A program made the position numbers and the translations under genes. Of a stretch of DNA of 64,000 nucleotides, positions 1-10,802 are shown in pieces; position 1 is the stretch's first letter, and the number at the start of each line of letters is the position of its first letter. Under the pieces are notes generated by a model. The model worked only from the letters and a program-made list of their open reading frames with translations. It made no database searches and was not told the origin of the DNA. The stretch spans positions 384,001 through 448,000 of the forward strand of contig CAXXVZ010000003.1 in NCBI GenBank assembly GCA_963678065.2, in the 5' to 3' direction. This DNA comes from Treponemataceae bacterium. GTDB lineage: Bacteria > Spirochaetota > Spirochaetia > Treponematales > Rectinemataceae.

Positions 1-203
1 AGACGGTTCTCTCCTATCTCGGAATCGGCCTTCCTTCGACCTTCCCCTCGCTCGGAAGGATGATAGACGTCTACTGGGCCTTCGTGGACACGTATCCTCA
101 TCTCATAGTCTTCCCGGGTCTGGTGATGGCACTCGTCACCATCTCCTTCTATGTCGTCGGACAGCTGTTCGCCGACGCCTCAGATCCCAGGACCCACCGC
201 TAA
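1..203 (+). CDS. oppC: Oligopeptide ABC permease OppC, 3' end (partial)
   Basis: Frame from nt 3 reads TVLSYLGIGLP...SLGRMI...PHLIVFPGLVMALVTISFYVVGQLFADASDPRTHR*, a typical OppC C-terminus, directly upstream of the oppD/oppF-like ATPases. Confidence 0.85.
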   Translation, partial: TVLSYLGIGLPSTFPSLGRMIDVYWAFVDTYPHLIVFPGLVMALVTISFYVVGQLFADASDPRTHR

Positions 204-213
204 GGAGAGTGCG

Positions 214-1295
<1,082 letters not shown>

Positions 1296-1299
<4 letters not shown>

Positions 1300-2222
1300 G
1301 CGACGTCGTGCTTTCGGTAAAAAACCTAGAGGTCACGTTCAAGAATGGCAAGGAGTCCTTCACCGCTGTCCGGGGCGTCAGTTTCGACGTCAGGCGGGGA
1401 GAATCTTTCGCACTTGTCGGCGAATCAGGATCAGGCAAGACGACTATCGGCCGCGCGATCGTGCGCATCAACCCGGCCACGGGCGGAGAGATCGGTTTCG
1501 AAGGGAAGAAAATATCGGGCGTGCTCGACGCGAAGACCGATTCCTGGGTCATCAGGAACATCCAGATGATTTTCCAGGATCCCATGGCCTCCCTCAACGA
1601 GAGGGCCACGGTGGACTACATCGTCTCCGAGGGGCTGAACAATTTCAAACTGTACAAGGATGAGAACGAAAGGCAGGAGAAGGTCTTCAGGGCCCTGACC
1701 GAGGTCGGTCTTCTCGAGGAGCACGCGGAGCGATACCCGCATGAGTTTTCGGGCGGACAGCGCCAACGCATCTGCATCGCCCGGGTTCTCGCCATGGAAC
1801 CGAAGTTCATCATCGCGGACGAACCCATCTCGGCCCTCGACGTATCCATCAGGGCCCAGGTGCTCAACCTCCTCAGCGATCTCCAGAAGGAGAGAGGGCT
1901 GTCCTACCTGTTCATCGCCCACGACCTGACAGTCGTGCGCTATTTTGCCGACAGGGTAGCCGTCATTCACCAGGGCGAACTCAAGGAGCTTGCCGAAACC
2001 GAAGAACTCTTCGCACGGCCCCTGCACCCTTACACGCGATCCCTGCTCTCGGCCGTCCCCGTGCCCGATCCAGACGTCGAGAAGGAAAAATCTCTTCTCA
2101 TCTACGACCCTTCGATGCACGATTATTCGAGCGAGCGCCCTTCCTGGGTCGAACTGTATCCCGGTCATTTCGTCCAGGCTAACCGGAGAGAGACCGAGGA
2201 GTACGGAAAGATGTACCGCTGA
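1296..2222 (+). CDS. oppF: Oligopeptide ABC transporter ATP-binding protein
   Basis: [32 protein letters not shown] start overlaps the oppD stop. Confidence 0.92.
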
Positions 2223-2243
2223 CCGATGGCCCTGCGCGCGCAG

Positions 2244-2277
2244 ACAAAGGCGGCCTCCGACAGGGGGCCGCCTTTGT
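2244..2277. terminator. Hairpin between convergent oppF and kinase genes, probably a bidirectional terminator
   Basis: ACAAAGGCGGCCTC...GGGGCCGCCTTTGT inverted repeat. Confidence 0.65.
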
Positions 2278-2293
2278 GCGTTGGCGGCGATCT

Positions 2294-3949
2294 TCAGTAC
2301 TTGAAGTCGCTGTCGCCAATGAACTCGCGGAGGATGGAATCCCGGGGCACGTATTGGGCCGGAATGGGCGAGAAATTGTCCAGGAAGGCCTGGATGCGCC
2401 GCGCTTCGGCGTATTCAGGATGTACAGGCTTGACTGTCCTCAACTGTGGCTCCGCGTAGACCTTGAGCACGCCGAGTTCGTAGTCCAGCGCGGAGTTGAA
2501 CACGGCGTCGGCGCCGTTCTGGAAGGGGAAAATGTACTTCCTCTCCCCATTCTGGACGGATTCCCACATGGAGAGGGTTGTCACGGCGCTGTTTCCCCTG
2601 AAATTGTAATCCCGCACGAGACGTCTTAGGAGCCGGTAATCGGTCGTGCTGATGCGGTTGTGGTCGTCAAGGTTGAGTTGAGTGAGCGCCGAGACATAGA
2701 TCTTGAACTTGTTTTCAGGTGGGACAAGGGGGGTCAGTTTGTCATTGAGTCCGTGGATGCCCTCAAGAACGAGGATCTCTTTTCCGGTAATGCTTACGAA
2801 GCGGCCCGAGGGTCTCCTTGAGCCAGCCTTGAAGTCGTACAGGGGAAGCTCCACGGTTTCGCCCGCGAAGAGACGCAGAAGCTGGTCGTTGAGGTAGGCC
2901 ACATCGAGAGCCTCGAGGCATTCGAAGTCGGGTTTCCCGTCAGCATCGAGGGGAGTTCTGTCCCTGTTGACGAAATAGTTGTCGAGTTCGATCGTGACAG
3001 GGGTGAAACCCATCACTTTCAGCTGGATCGCGAGTTTTTTGGATGTCGTCGTCTTCCCCGAGCTGGAGGGACCGGCGATGAGGACGACCCTGACCTTGTC
3101 CGAGCGCGCGGCGATTTTGTCGGCGATAGCCGCGATTTTCTTGTTCTGAAGTGTCTCCGCGATCGCGATGTAGTCTCTTATCCCTTTCGAGGCGATGACC
3201 TTGTTGAGGGCTCCCACGGATCCGGCGCCGAGCACCTTGCCGCGCTCGCGGTACTCCTTCGCTATGGAATACAGGACTGGCTCATCGACGAAGGGCGTGA
3301 GAAAATCCGGTTTCTCCTTGTGCGGGTAGCGGAGGAGGAATCCACCCTGGTAAGCCACCAGCTCCCAGGTCATGAGGACAGCTGTGGAGGGAACCAAGGG
3401 GGCGATGTGGAGATCCCTGAATCCCGCGCACTCGTTGAGGGGAATGTGCGGCTCGTTCATGTGCTCGAGGAGGAGAAGCGTGTCCTGCTGACCACTCTCC
3501 TCGAAATACTTCATCGCCTTGGACCACGACCACTCCTCTATATTTATGTCGATATCGCGCGCGACGAAACTCCGCATGTGCGCCGCGAGCGCCTCGATGT
3601 CCGTGGAGGTGATGGGCTTATCGTCGTCGTAGAAATGATAAAAACCGGTTCCGATCGCCATCCCGGCGACGAGACGACGGCCGGGAAAAACCTCACGCGA
3701 GGCTATGGCGAGAAGGAAACAGAGCGAACGCCGATAGGTCGCGGCGCCCTGGGCCATGCCGACTGTGACGGGAAGCACTGTGCAGTCAGTTTTGATCACT
3801 GAATTGGCTGACTTGAGTTCGTTGTCCAGAAGGACTGCCGCCAGCGGATTCGAGAGCGGACCCGCCGCGCCCAGAACGTCTGAAACCCGCACTCCCGCCG
3901 GATAAACCTGCGTTTCCCCAGACGCGAAAGTGATGGTCACTTGTTTCAT
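2294..3949 (-). CDS. Nucleoside (uridine)/phosphoribulokinase-family kinase with N-terminal ThrRS-like (TGS and editing-type) domains
   Basis: IAGPSSSGKTT P-loop, LDNYF, LEGIHGLN, RRLVRD; N-terminus resembles ThrRS N1/N2 (YRRSL...GFYH...FRDLH..PLVPST). Confidence 0.85.
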   Translation of the reverse strand: MKQVTITFASGETQVYPAGVRVSDVLGAAGPLSNPLAAVLLDNELKSANSVIKTDCTVLPVTVGMAQGAATYRRSLCFLLAIASREVFPGRRLVAGMAIGTGFYHFYDDDKPITSTDIEALAAHMRSFVARDIDINIEEWSWSKAMKYFEESGQQDTLLLLEHMNEPHIPLNECAGFRDLHIAPLVPSTAVLMTWELVAYQGGFLLRYPHKEKPDFLTPFVDEPVLYSIAKEYRERGKVLGAGSVGALNKVIASKGIRDYIAIAETLQNKKIAAIADKIAARSDKVRVVLIAGPSSSGKTTTSKKLAIQLKVMGFTPVTIELDNYFVNRDRTPLDADGKPDFECLEALDVAYLNDQLLRLFAGETVELPLYDFKAGSRRPSGRFVSITGKEILVLEGIHGLNDKLTPLVPPENKFKIYVSALTQLNLDDHNRISTTDYRLLRRLVRDYNFRGNSAVTTLSMWESVQNGERKYIFPFQNGADAVFNSALDYELGVLKVYAEPQLRTVKPVHPEYAEARRIQAFLDNFSPIPAQYVPRDSILREFIGDSDFKY

Positions 3950-4009
3950 GAACGCCTCCTCGATGTCAGTTGTTCAGTATAGCTTCTTTTTCGGTAGCTG
4001 AAGAGTGCT

Positions 4010-4040
4010 TGTTGACCGATTTACATAGTCGGTCTACACT
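4010..4040 (+). promoter_or_regulatory. Sigma70-type promoter for the LacI gene, overlapped by an inverted repeat (candidate operator)
   Basis: TTGACC(4012-17)-17 bp-TACACT(4035-40); arms TGTTGACCGA and TCGGTCTACA are 9/10 complementary. Confidence 0.6.
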
Positions 4041-4058
4041 CGAACCCGGAGAGTCGAC

Positions 4059-5186
4059 ATGCGAATAACCATCAAGGACATAGCGGAAAAGGCCGGGGTC
4101 TCCAAGACCACTGTTTCCTTCGCCCTCAACAAGCCGGGGCGCATTTCTGCCGAAACCCGCGACAGAATACTCACGATCGTGAAGGAGATGGGCTATGTCC
4201 CAGATCCTGTCGCCCGGACCCTCACAACGAAGAGGCTTGGCGCCCTCGGGCTCCTTCTTCCGCAGCCCATCTCCGAGGCTCTCCGCAATCCCTATCTCTG
4301 CGAAATAATCCGCGGAATAGGTTCCGCCTGCGAGGCGCGAGAACTCTCGCTCACAATGCTCCCTCCAGTCCGAGGAAAAATCATAGAAGCCGCGCGACGT
4401 TCGTTCGTGGATGGAATCCTGACAATCGGAGTCGGGGCCGACCATGAGGTGGTGGAGCTGCTGCACAGGCGGCACGTTCCCTTCGTCACCATCGATGGTT
4501 CGCCGAGCGACATGACCATCAATGTCGGCATAGACGACGAGGACGCTGCCTACCGGCTCATGAAGTACCTCATCGGCCTCGGCCACAGGAAAATCGCAAT
4601 ATTTGCGCTCAAACCGGATATTTTCGGCATGGCGGGCGACCATTTTTCCCTTGTCAGCAAAGAGCGCATGGATGGCTTCTGTCGCGCCCTCATGGAGGCG
4701 GGATGCGCATTTGAAGGCGATTCCTCGGGGAGAGGCAGGAGTGGAACGGGAATCAGGCCTCCGGTGGAGGAATTCACTGATGGAAGACTTCGCTGCGACG
4801 CGCTCTGGCGCGTGACCAGTTCGCAGGTCGAATGCTCCCGATCCGGAGGAGAATCGGCTGCCCGTGAACTTCTGACCGGCGTTCCGGCTTCCGCGCGGCC
4901 CACCGCGATTGTCGCCATGGCGGATGTCGTGGCCCTCGGTGTCATGGATACCTGCTACCGGCTCGGCATCGGGATTCCCGGAGAGATATCGCTTGTGGGC
5001 TTCGACGACATTCCCGAAGCGGCTCTCGCGAATCCCCCGCTGACGACACTGAGGCAACCTGGAACCGAGAAGGGAAGGGTCGCTGCCGAAATGGTCCTCG
5101 ATATTCTGGATGGCGGCGAAGTCAGTCACAGACGTCTCGAAGCCGACCTCGTCGTGAGGGCCTCGACCGCGATCCCTTGTCTGTGA
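4059..5186 (+). CDS. LacI-family transcriptional regulator
   Basis: TIKDIAEKAGVSKTTVSFALN HTH; ISLVGFDD and PPLTTLRQP in the effector domain. Confidence 0.93.
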   Translation: MRITIKDIAEKAGVSKTTVSFALNKPGRISAETRDRILTIVKEMGYVPDPVARTLTTKRLGALGLLLPQPISEALRNPYLCEIIRGIGSACEARELSLTMLPPVRGKIIEAARRSFVDGILTIGVGADHEVVELLHRRHVPFVTIDGSPSDMTINVGIDDEDAAYRLMKYLIGLGHRKIAIFALKPDIFGMAGDHFSLVSKERMDGFCRALMEAGCAFEGDSSGRGRSGTGIRPPVEEFTDGRLRCDALWRVTSSQVECSRSGGESAARELLTGVPASARPTAIVAMADVVALGVMDTCYRLGIGIPGEISLVGFDDIPEAALANPPLTTLRQPGTEKGRVAAEMVLDILDGGEVSHRRLEADLVVRASTAIPCL

Positions 5187-5211
5187 TTGATTTGTGAAAA
5201 GGAGTACAGCC

Positions 5212-7017
5212 ATGGAGAAATCCGCAACTATCCCCCTGCGGTCCGAAGTCGATTCCGGGCAGCGATGGAACCTTTCCCGTCTCTTCCCCGATGAAGCTGC
5301 CTGGGAAGAAGGATTGAAGCAGTTCGAAACCATGAAGGGCGGCATCGCCGCATTCAGAGGGAATCTCGGCAAAGATCCGGAATCCTTCCTCGGAGCCTTG
5401 GCGTATTACTGCAATTCGGGGCTCCTCGACGAAAGGCTCGGCTATTATGCGCATCTCAGGGTCTCCGAAGATGAAGGAGACAACGCTGCCCGCAGTCGTT
5501 TTTCCCGCTACATGATGGCGACCACGGCTTTCCAGGGCGAGTGGTCCTGGTTCGGCCCGGAAATCCAGTCCTTGCCGGACAGTTTCATAGCTTCCTGCCT
5601 CGGGGATCCGCGATTCGCAGAGTACAGAGTCTTCATATCGAAGCTGATCCGCTTCAAGCCGCACATCCTCTCGGCCTCCGAGGAGAGGCTGCTCGCCCTC
5701 CAGGCCGAGTGCAATCAGACTCCCTCCGAAACCTTCTCCGTTCTCACGAACGTCGACATCGATTTCGGAACCGTAGAAATGCCTGAAGGCGGAAAGCCGC
5801 TCACGCAATCCACATTCGCCTCTTTCATGCGCAATCCCGACAGGGAAATCAGAAAGAAAGCATACCTCCAGTTCTATTCCTCTTATGAGTCCCACAAGAA
5901 CACGATCGCGAGCCTGTACTCGGGAACGGTCAAGCAGGATAAATACTCCGCCACCGTCCGCAACTATTCCGGCGCACGCGTGCAGGCGCTTTTCCCCGAC
6001 AAGGTTCCCGAAAGTGTCTACGATAACCTGGTATCCACTGTCAGCGCCAATCTCGGCCCGCTCCACGAGTACTATGGACTCCGGAAGCGCGTCATGAAGC
6101 TGGACGAGCTCCGGCACTACGACGTCTATGTTCCCATCATGCGCGAGAAAAGCTCGCGACACTCCTTTGGGGAAGCGGTCGATATCGTCTCCGAAGCCCT
6201 CGCCCCCCTCGGAGCGGAATACGTTTCTACGCTCCGCGCGGGACTCACGGGTGGCTGGGTGGATCGCTACGAGAACAAAGGCAAGCGCTCGGGCGCCTTC
6301 TCCGCGGGATCTTTTGCGGGAGACCCATACATCCTCATGAATTACAAAGAGGATGTCCTCCGCGATGTCTTCACTCTCGCCCATGAGGGCGGCCACTCCA
6401 TGCACTCGTGGTACTCTGCGCGCTCGAATCCATTTTTGTCCTACAATTACACGATTTTTGAAGCCGAGGTCGCGAGCACCTTCAATGAGCAGCTCGTCTT
6501 CAAGTACCTGTACGAAGGCGCCCAGGATAAAGCGGAACGCGCGGCCCTCATCAACAACAAGGTCGATGATCTCCTCGCCACCCTGTTCCGCCAGACCATG
6601 TTCGCGGAGTTCGAGCACAGGACCCACGCCATGATGGAGGCGGGGGAGGCCCTGACTGTCGACAGTCTCAGGTCGGAGTACCGTGCGCTCCTTGCCAAAT
6701 ACTTCGGCCCCGCGATGGTTCTTGAAGCTGTGTCGGACTTGGAAGGCTTGCGGATTCCGCACTTCTACAATGCCTTCTATGTCTACAAATACGCCACCGG
6801 GATCTCGGCGAGCATCGCCCTCTCCAAGCGTGTTCTCGAGGGAGGGGAGAACGAGCGCGCCGATTACTTCGCATTCCTCCGTTCAGGTGGCTCGCGCTTC
6901 CCCATCGAGTCGCTCAAAGTCGCGGGTGTGGATATGTCGACGCCGGAACCAATAGAGGCCGCATGCGGGGAGTTTGCAGCCAATGTCAGGGAACTGTCGG
7001 CGTTGCTCGGTGTCTGA
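5212..7017 (+). CDS. pepF: Oligoendopeptidase F (M3B)
   Basis: LAHEGGHSMHS zinc motif, GKRSGAFS, AEVAST, RIPHFY; ATG 5212 follows AGGAG. Confidence 0.93.
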   Translation: MEKSATIPLRSEVDSGQRWNLSRLFPDEAAWEEGLKQFETMKGGIAAFRGNLGKDPESFLGALAYYCNSGLLDERLGYYAHLRVSEDEGDNAARSRFSRYMMATTAFQGEWSWFGPEIQSLPDSFIASCLGDPRFAEYRVFISKLIRFKPHILSASEERLLALQAECNQTPSETFSVLTNVDIDFGTVEMPEGGKPLTQSTFASFMRNPDREIRKKAYLQFYSSYESHKNTIASLYSGTVKQDKYSATVRNYSGARVQALFPDKVPESVYDNLVSTVSANLGPLHEYYGLRKRVMKLDELRHYDVYVPIMREKSSRHSFGEAVDIVSEALAPLGAEYVSTLRAGLTGGWVDRYENKGKRSGAFSAGSFAGDPYILMNYKEDVLRDVFTLAHEGGHSMHSWYSARSNPFLSYNYTIFEAEVASTFNEQLVFKYLYEGAQDKAERAALINNKVDDLLATLFRQTMFAEFEHRTHAMMEAGEALTVDSLRSEYRALLAKYFGPAMVLEAVSDLEGLRIPHFYNAFYVYKYATGISASIALSKRVLEGGENERADYFAFLRSGGSRFPIESLKVAGVDMSTPEPIEAACGEFAANVRELSALLGV

Positions 7018-7058
7018 GCGGCCCCGCATCCCGCCGGGACCGGGAACCGTTCAGAGTT

Positions 7059-7796
7059 CTACATGATACCCAATTTGGCGAGAGAAAGGACGACGGCCGC
7101 GCAAGCGGCTGTCTCCGTTTTCAGTATCCGGTCTCCGAGTGACGCAAGGCGGAAACCCGCTTCCTTCAGAACAGCGAGTTCCCTCGCGGTCCATCCCCTC
7201 TCGCTTCCGATCGCGAGGATGAGCTTTCCGCGACCAGCCTCCGAAAGCCCCAAGCTGCCGAACGGAACGGCTTCGGGGTCGGGATGGAAGACGATCCGGG
7301 ACTCCCAATTCCCCTCCGCGGGCCTGAGGCTGGCAAGACAGCGGTCGAGGGTCCAGTGGCTCGAAACCTGGGGAAGCCAGGGAGAAGCGGCCTGCTCGGC
7401 GCCCTCGAGCAGTGCCCGGCGGTATTCGCTCTTGCGGAAGAAATCGCTCTGTATGTAGGATTTTTCCCCGAGATCCGTGCCTGTGAGCATAATCTCCCCA
7501 ACGCCGAGACTGCAGAGATCCTTGAATATCCTGTTCGCCTGGATGGGGCGGGGAAAGCCCAGCACGAGTGTGACAGGATGGAGACGAGGAGCCTCTTTCT
7601 CCGCGGAAAAATCGAGGATGAGGCCATCCTTGTCCAACTGGATGATTGTAGCCTTCCCGATGCTGCCGTCGGTGCAGCCGGCGAGAACGGAATCGCCGGG
7701 ACCCTTGCGGAGGACCTTCGAGAGGTGCTCCCACCTGTGGTCGCTGCGTGGCAAAAGAGCGCCGGATTCTCCGGGTTCCAGAATGAGCATGTTCAT
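7059..7796 (-). CDS. rsmE: 16S rRNA m3U1498 methyltransferase
   Basis: HLSKVLR, IGSERGW, SLGDRILKTETA SPOUT motifs. Confidence 0.88.
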   Translation of the reverse strand: MNMLILEPGESGALLPRSDHRWEHLSKVLRKGPGDSVLAGCTDGSIGKATIIQLDKDGLILDFSAEKEAPRLHPVTLVLGFPRPIQANRIFKDLCSLGVGEIMLTGTDLGEKSYIQSDFFRKSEYRRALLEGAEQAASPWLPQVSSHWTLDRCLASLRPAEGNWESRIVFHPDPEAVPFGSLGLSEAGRGKLILAIGSERGWTARELAVLKEAGFRLASLGDRILKTETAACAAVVLSLAKLGIM

Positions 7797-7835
7797 CGCG
7801 AAGGAAGGCTACTCCGGGAGTTCTCCGGATGTAAA

Positions 7836-7865
7836 GAAGGGCGCCGTGCGTAAACGGCGCCCTTC
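7836..7865 (-). terminator. Hairpin downstream of the fab cluster
   Basis: GAAGGGCGCCGT-6 nt-ACGGCGCCCTTC, a perfect 12-bp stem followed by a short T run on the minus strand. Confidence 0.55.
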
Positions 7866-7971
7866 GCGGTGGTGAGCGGTGGAAAGAGTGCCCGCATGCG
7901 CCCCCTGCCGGGGTCCGCCCGCCATGACTCCGACGGAGCAAGGGGGCGGTGTCTGGCATACGTTCCGGTGT

Positions 7972-9225
7972 CTATTCTTTTCCCCGCACCCCCTCCCGCA
8001 CTGTTTCCACAGTCCCCACCGGATCGAAACTGGAAATGCTCACGCCCAAACACGGACAGTCGGCCGAATAATCGATACCATCCACGGAAAAACCGTGGAT
8101 GCGAAGAAAATCGGTCCGGAATCCTTCGATGTCGGCGAGATTGAAGAGGTTGTCTTCCCTGACCTTCTGCATGCGTGACTCGACTTCTGACTGGACGGCC
8201 GCTCCCATCTCGAGATCGTCGATACGGATTCTTCCCGCATCGTCCAGTATCATTGAAGAACCCGTATAGAGCCGCTCCCTGAACAGCCTGTCGGCCTGCG
8301 CGATGCAGTCCTCGTGGATTCCCCGCTCCTTCATGACTTTGAAGAGCGTTGAAACGTACAGGGGTATGATGGGGATGACGGCGCTTGCCCGGGTTACAAG
8401 CGCTTTGTTGACCGATACATAGGCGTGAAGCCCGCGCGCGCCGTAGTCCCTGTTGAGGATGGCGGAAGTGTATTCGAGATGAGCCTTGGCCTTGCCGATG
8501 GTGCCGTCGTGGTAGATGGGCCAGGAGAGAGCCGGCCCGATGTAGGAATAAGCGATGGTGGTGGCGCGGCTGGCGAGGACATCGCCAGCCGCGAGTGCCT
8601 CGATCCAGAGTTGCCAGTCCTCTCCGCCCATGACTTTCACCGTCTCGAAGGCTTCGGCCTCGGTGGCCTCTGATATCTCGGCATCGGAGATGGCGCCTGT
8701 GAACATGTCCACCGACTTGCCGCGGTATGGGCGATACAGGGGCTTTATGACTGATTTGTACATGACGCCGGTTTCGGGGTCGACTCTGACGGGAGAGGCG
8801 AGGGAGTATATGATAAGGTCGAATCGCAGTCCGGATTCGGTGGCCCGGCGAACGACTTCGTTTTTTATCCCTTTGCTGAAGGCGTCGCCGTCGAATGTGA
8901 AAGAATCGATGCCTGCGATGGAGGCCGCCTCGTCGAAGGCTCTGTTGTTGTACCAGCCGGCTGTGCCGACTTTTGTTTCGGTGGCCTCTTTCTCGTAGGA
9001 GACGCCGTAGGTCCTCGCCCCGTATCCGAACGCCGCCACAATGCGGGAAGCGAGACCATAGCCGGTGGAGCATCCGATGACGAGGACATTCACAGGTCCC
9101 CTCCTTTCGGAGGAGAGATCCTTTCTCTTCCGCGCGAAGCGTATCTGCCGCGCCACCTCGGCGGCGCAGCCCGCGGGATGGGCGTTGATGCAGATATTGT
9201 TGCGGACCATGGGTTTCAGAATCAT
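7972..9225 (-). CDS. fabV: Trans-2-enoyl-CoA/ACP reductase (Ter/FabV family)
   Basis: NICINAHPAGC, GCSTGYGLASRI, YSLASP, TVKVMGGEDW, YSYIGP...IYHDGTIGKAK; ATG overlaps the fabZ stop. Confidence 0.93.
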   Translation of the reverse strand: MILKPMVRNNICINAHPAGCAAEVARQIRFARKRKDLSSERRGPVNVLVIGCSTGYGLASRIVAAFGYGARTYGVSYEKEATETKVGTAGWYNNRAFDEAASIAGIDSFTFDGDAFSKGIKNEVVRRATESGLRFDLIIYSLASPVRVDPETGVMYKSVIKPLYRPYRGKSVDMFTGAISDAEISEATEAEAFETVKVMGGEDWQLWIEALAAGDVLASRATTIAYSYIGPALSWPIYHDGTIGKAKAHLEYTSAILNRDYGARGLHAYVSVNKALVTRASAVIPIIPLYVSTLFKVMKERGIHEDCIAQADRLFRERLYTGSSMILDDAGRIRIDDLEMGAAVQSEVESRMQKVREDNLFNLADIEGFRTDFLRIHGFSVDGIDYSADCPCLGVSISSFDPVGTVETVREGVRGKE

Positions 9226-9641
9226 GCTACATTCTCTCCGGCCATGCACAGCCATTCGGCTTCCACGGCGATTTCGCCTCCGACATAACCAACGCCCCGC
9301 TGGTGCGAAAAGCGTGAACTGGCCTTGATGTTCTCGATGACCATCCTGACAGTGTCGCCTGGCCGGACCTGGCGCCTGAAGCGGGCTTCCTTAACTTTTG
9401 CGAGGAAGAAAGTTCCCTCCGGCTTTATGCCCATTTTTTTCATTCCGACCCCGCCCGCCTGGGCGAGGCTCTCGATGAGGATCACACCCGGAACGACGGG
9501 GTAGGGAGGGAAATGGCCGGCAAATAAAGGTTCCGTGGCAGGCCAGTACTGTGTGGCTACGATTTTGCCGTTCTCGATTTCCACGGTGTCGATGAAGAGG
9601 AAGGGCGCCCGGTGTGGCAGCCAGTTTTCAATGTCGCTCAT
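9222..9641 (-). CDS. fabZ: 3-hydroxyacyl-ACP dehydratase
   Basis: LPHRAPFLFID, FAGHFP..PVVPGVILIESLAQ, ARFRRQVRPGD. Confidence 0.9.
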   Translation of the reverse strand: MSDIENWLPHRAPFLFIDTVEIENGKIVATQYWPATEPLFAGHFPPYPVVPGVILIESLAQAGGVGMKKMGIKPEGTFFLAKVKEARFRRQVRPGDTVRMVIENIKASSRFSHQRGVGYVGGEIAVEAEWLCMAGENVA

Positions 9642-9704
9642 CGCATTCTCCTTGTAATCCGCGCGGCTTCCGGAAAACCGGTCTCCCACATCGACGGAAT
9701 CCTT

Positions 9705-10793
9705 TCAAGGTTTCGCCGATGACTCATATTCCTCGACGAGGGAGTCTATGAGTTCCTGGACACGCAGGATTTTGGTCACTCTCCACGCATTTGCGCCCGC
9801 GAATGCGAAGCCGTGGCTGAGACGGCCCTTCTGCGCGTTCAAAAGCGCGAGCGAAATGCAGTAGGGAGCCTTTTCGTAGTCACAGGTTATTATACAATGG
9901 TAGGGGCATGAATAGGGGCTCAGCTTGCCTTCCGCCACATCCGCAAGGAATTTATTGCCGATCGCGCGACCGGGCATTCCGACCGGACTCTTTATGATGG
10001 TGAGATCCTTCTCTTCGGCCTCGATGTAGCTTCGCTTGAAGGCGATGTCGGCATCGCACTCCTCCGTGGCGACGAAGCGCGTGGCCATCTGGACGCCCGC
10101 CGCGCCCAATTCGAGGAATTTGCGGATGTCGGCCCCGGTGTAGATTCCTCCGCCCGCTATGACTGGGATACGGCGCCCTGCCACTTTCTCGAAAGGTTTG
10201 ACAGCCTCGATCACGTCGACGACGATTTTCTCCAGGGCATAGTCGGGATCGTCGATCTGTTCGGCCTTGAAGCCGAGGTGGCCGCCCGCGAGGGGGCCCT
10301 CGACGACAAAGCCGTCAGGAACGTAGTCGTACTTGTCCTTCCAGCGTTTTGCGAGAAGGCTCGCGGCCCTGCCCGATGAGACGATGGGCACGAGTTTTGT
10401 GTGCCTGCTCGTTCCCAGGTATTCGGGAAGGTTTACCGGAAGTCCGGCCCCTGAAAAGATGATGTCGATCTTTTCCGCGATGGCCGTTTTGACGAGATTC
10501 GCGAAATCGCTCAGGGCGACCATTATGTTCACGCCGAGGATGCCTTGGGTCATGCTTCTCGCCTTGCGGATCTCATTTCTGAGTGCCCTTATGTTGGCCT
10601 CGGCGAAGTTCACGAACCCATCCGGCTCCAGAAGGCCGATTCCCGCGGCGGCGATGACGCCTATGCCTCCTGAGTTGGCCGTTGCCGACGCAAGCCCCGC
10701 GAGGGAAATACCGACGCCCATTCCCCCCTGAACGATAGGGATCTTCGCTTCGAAACCGCCGATAATCAAGGATTTGAGGGTAGTTGTGCTCAT
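9705..10793 (-). CDS. Nitronate monooxygenase/FabK-superfamily flavoprotein of FabX type, with an Fe-S cysteine motif
   Basis: QGGMGVGIS, GAGLP, VEGPLAGGHLGF, SPVGMPGRA, CPYHCIITC...PYC, AGANA; lies inside the fab cluster. Confidence 0.8.
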   Translation of the reverse strand: MSTTTLKSLIIGGFEAKIPIVQGGMGVGISLAGLASATANSGGIGVIAAAGIGLLEPDGFVNFAEANIRALRNEIRKARSMTQGILGVNIMVALSDFANLVKTAIAEKIDIIFSGAGLPVNLPEYLGTSRHTKLVPIVSSGRAASLLAKRWKDKYDYVPDGFVVEGPLAGGHLGFKAEQIDDPDYALEKIVVDVIEAVKPFEKVAGRRIPVIAGGGIYTGADIRKFLELGAAGVQMATRFVATEECDADIAFKRSYIEAEEKDLTIIKSPVGMPGRAIGNKFLADVAEGKLSPYSCPYHCIITCDYEKAPYCISLALLNAQKGRLSHGFAFAGANAWRVTKILRVQELIDSLVEEYESSAKP

Positions 10794-10802
10794 GGTTATG
10801 AC

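Noticed and set aside
3990..4011. GAGTGCTT resembling a CIRCE right arm
   Set aside because: There is no matching left arm 9 bp upstream
5122..6762. 546-aa minus-strand ORF, and similar long ORFs at 3966-5372, 14172-15527, 29158-30558, 32403-33731 and 37077-38306
   Set aside because: They are antisense to recognisable genes and have no domain signatures
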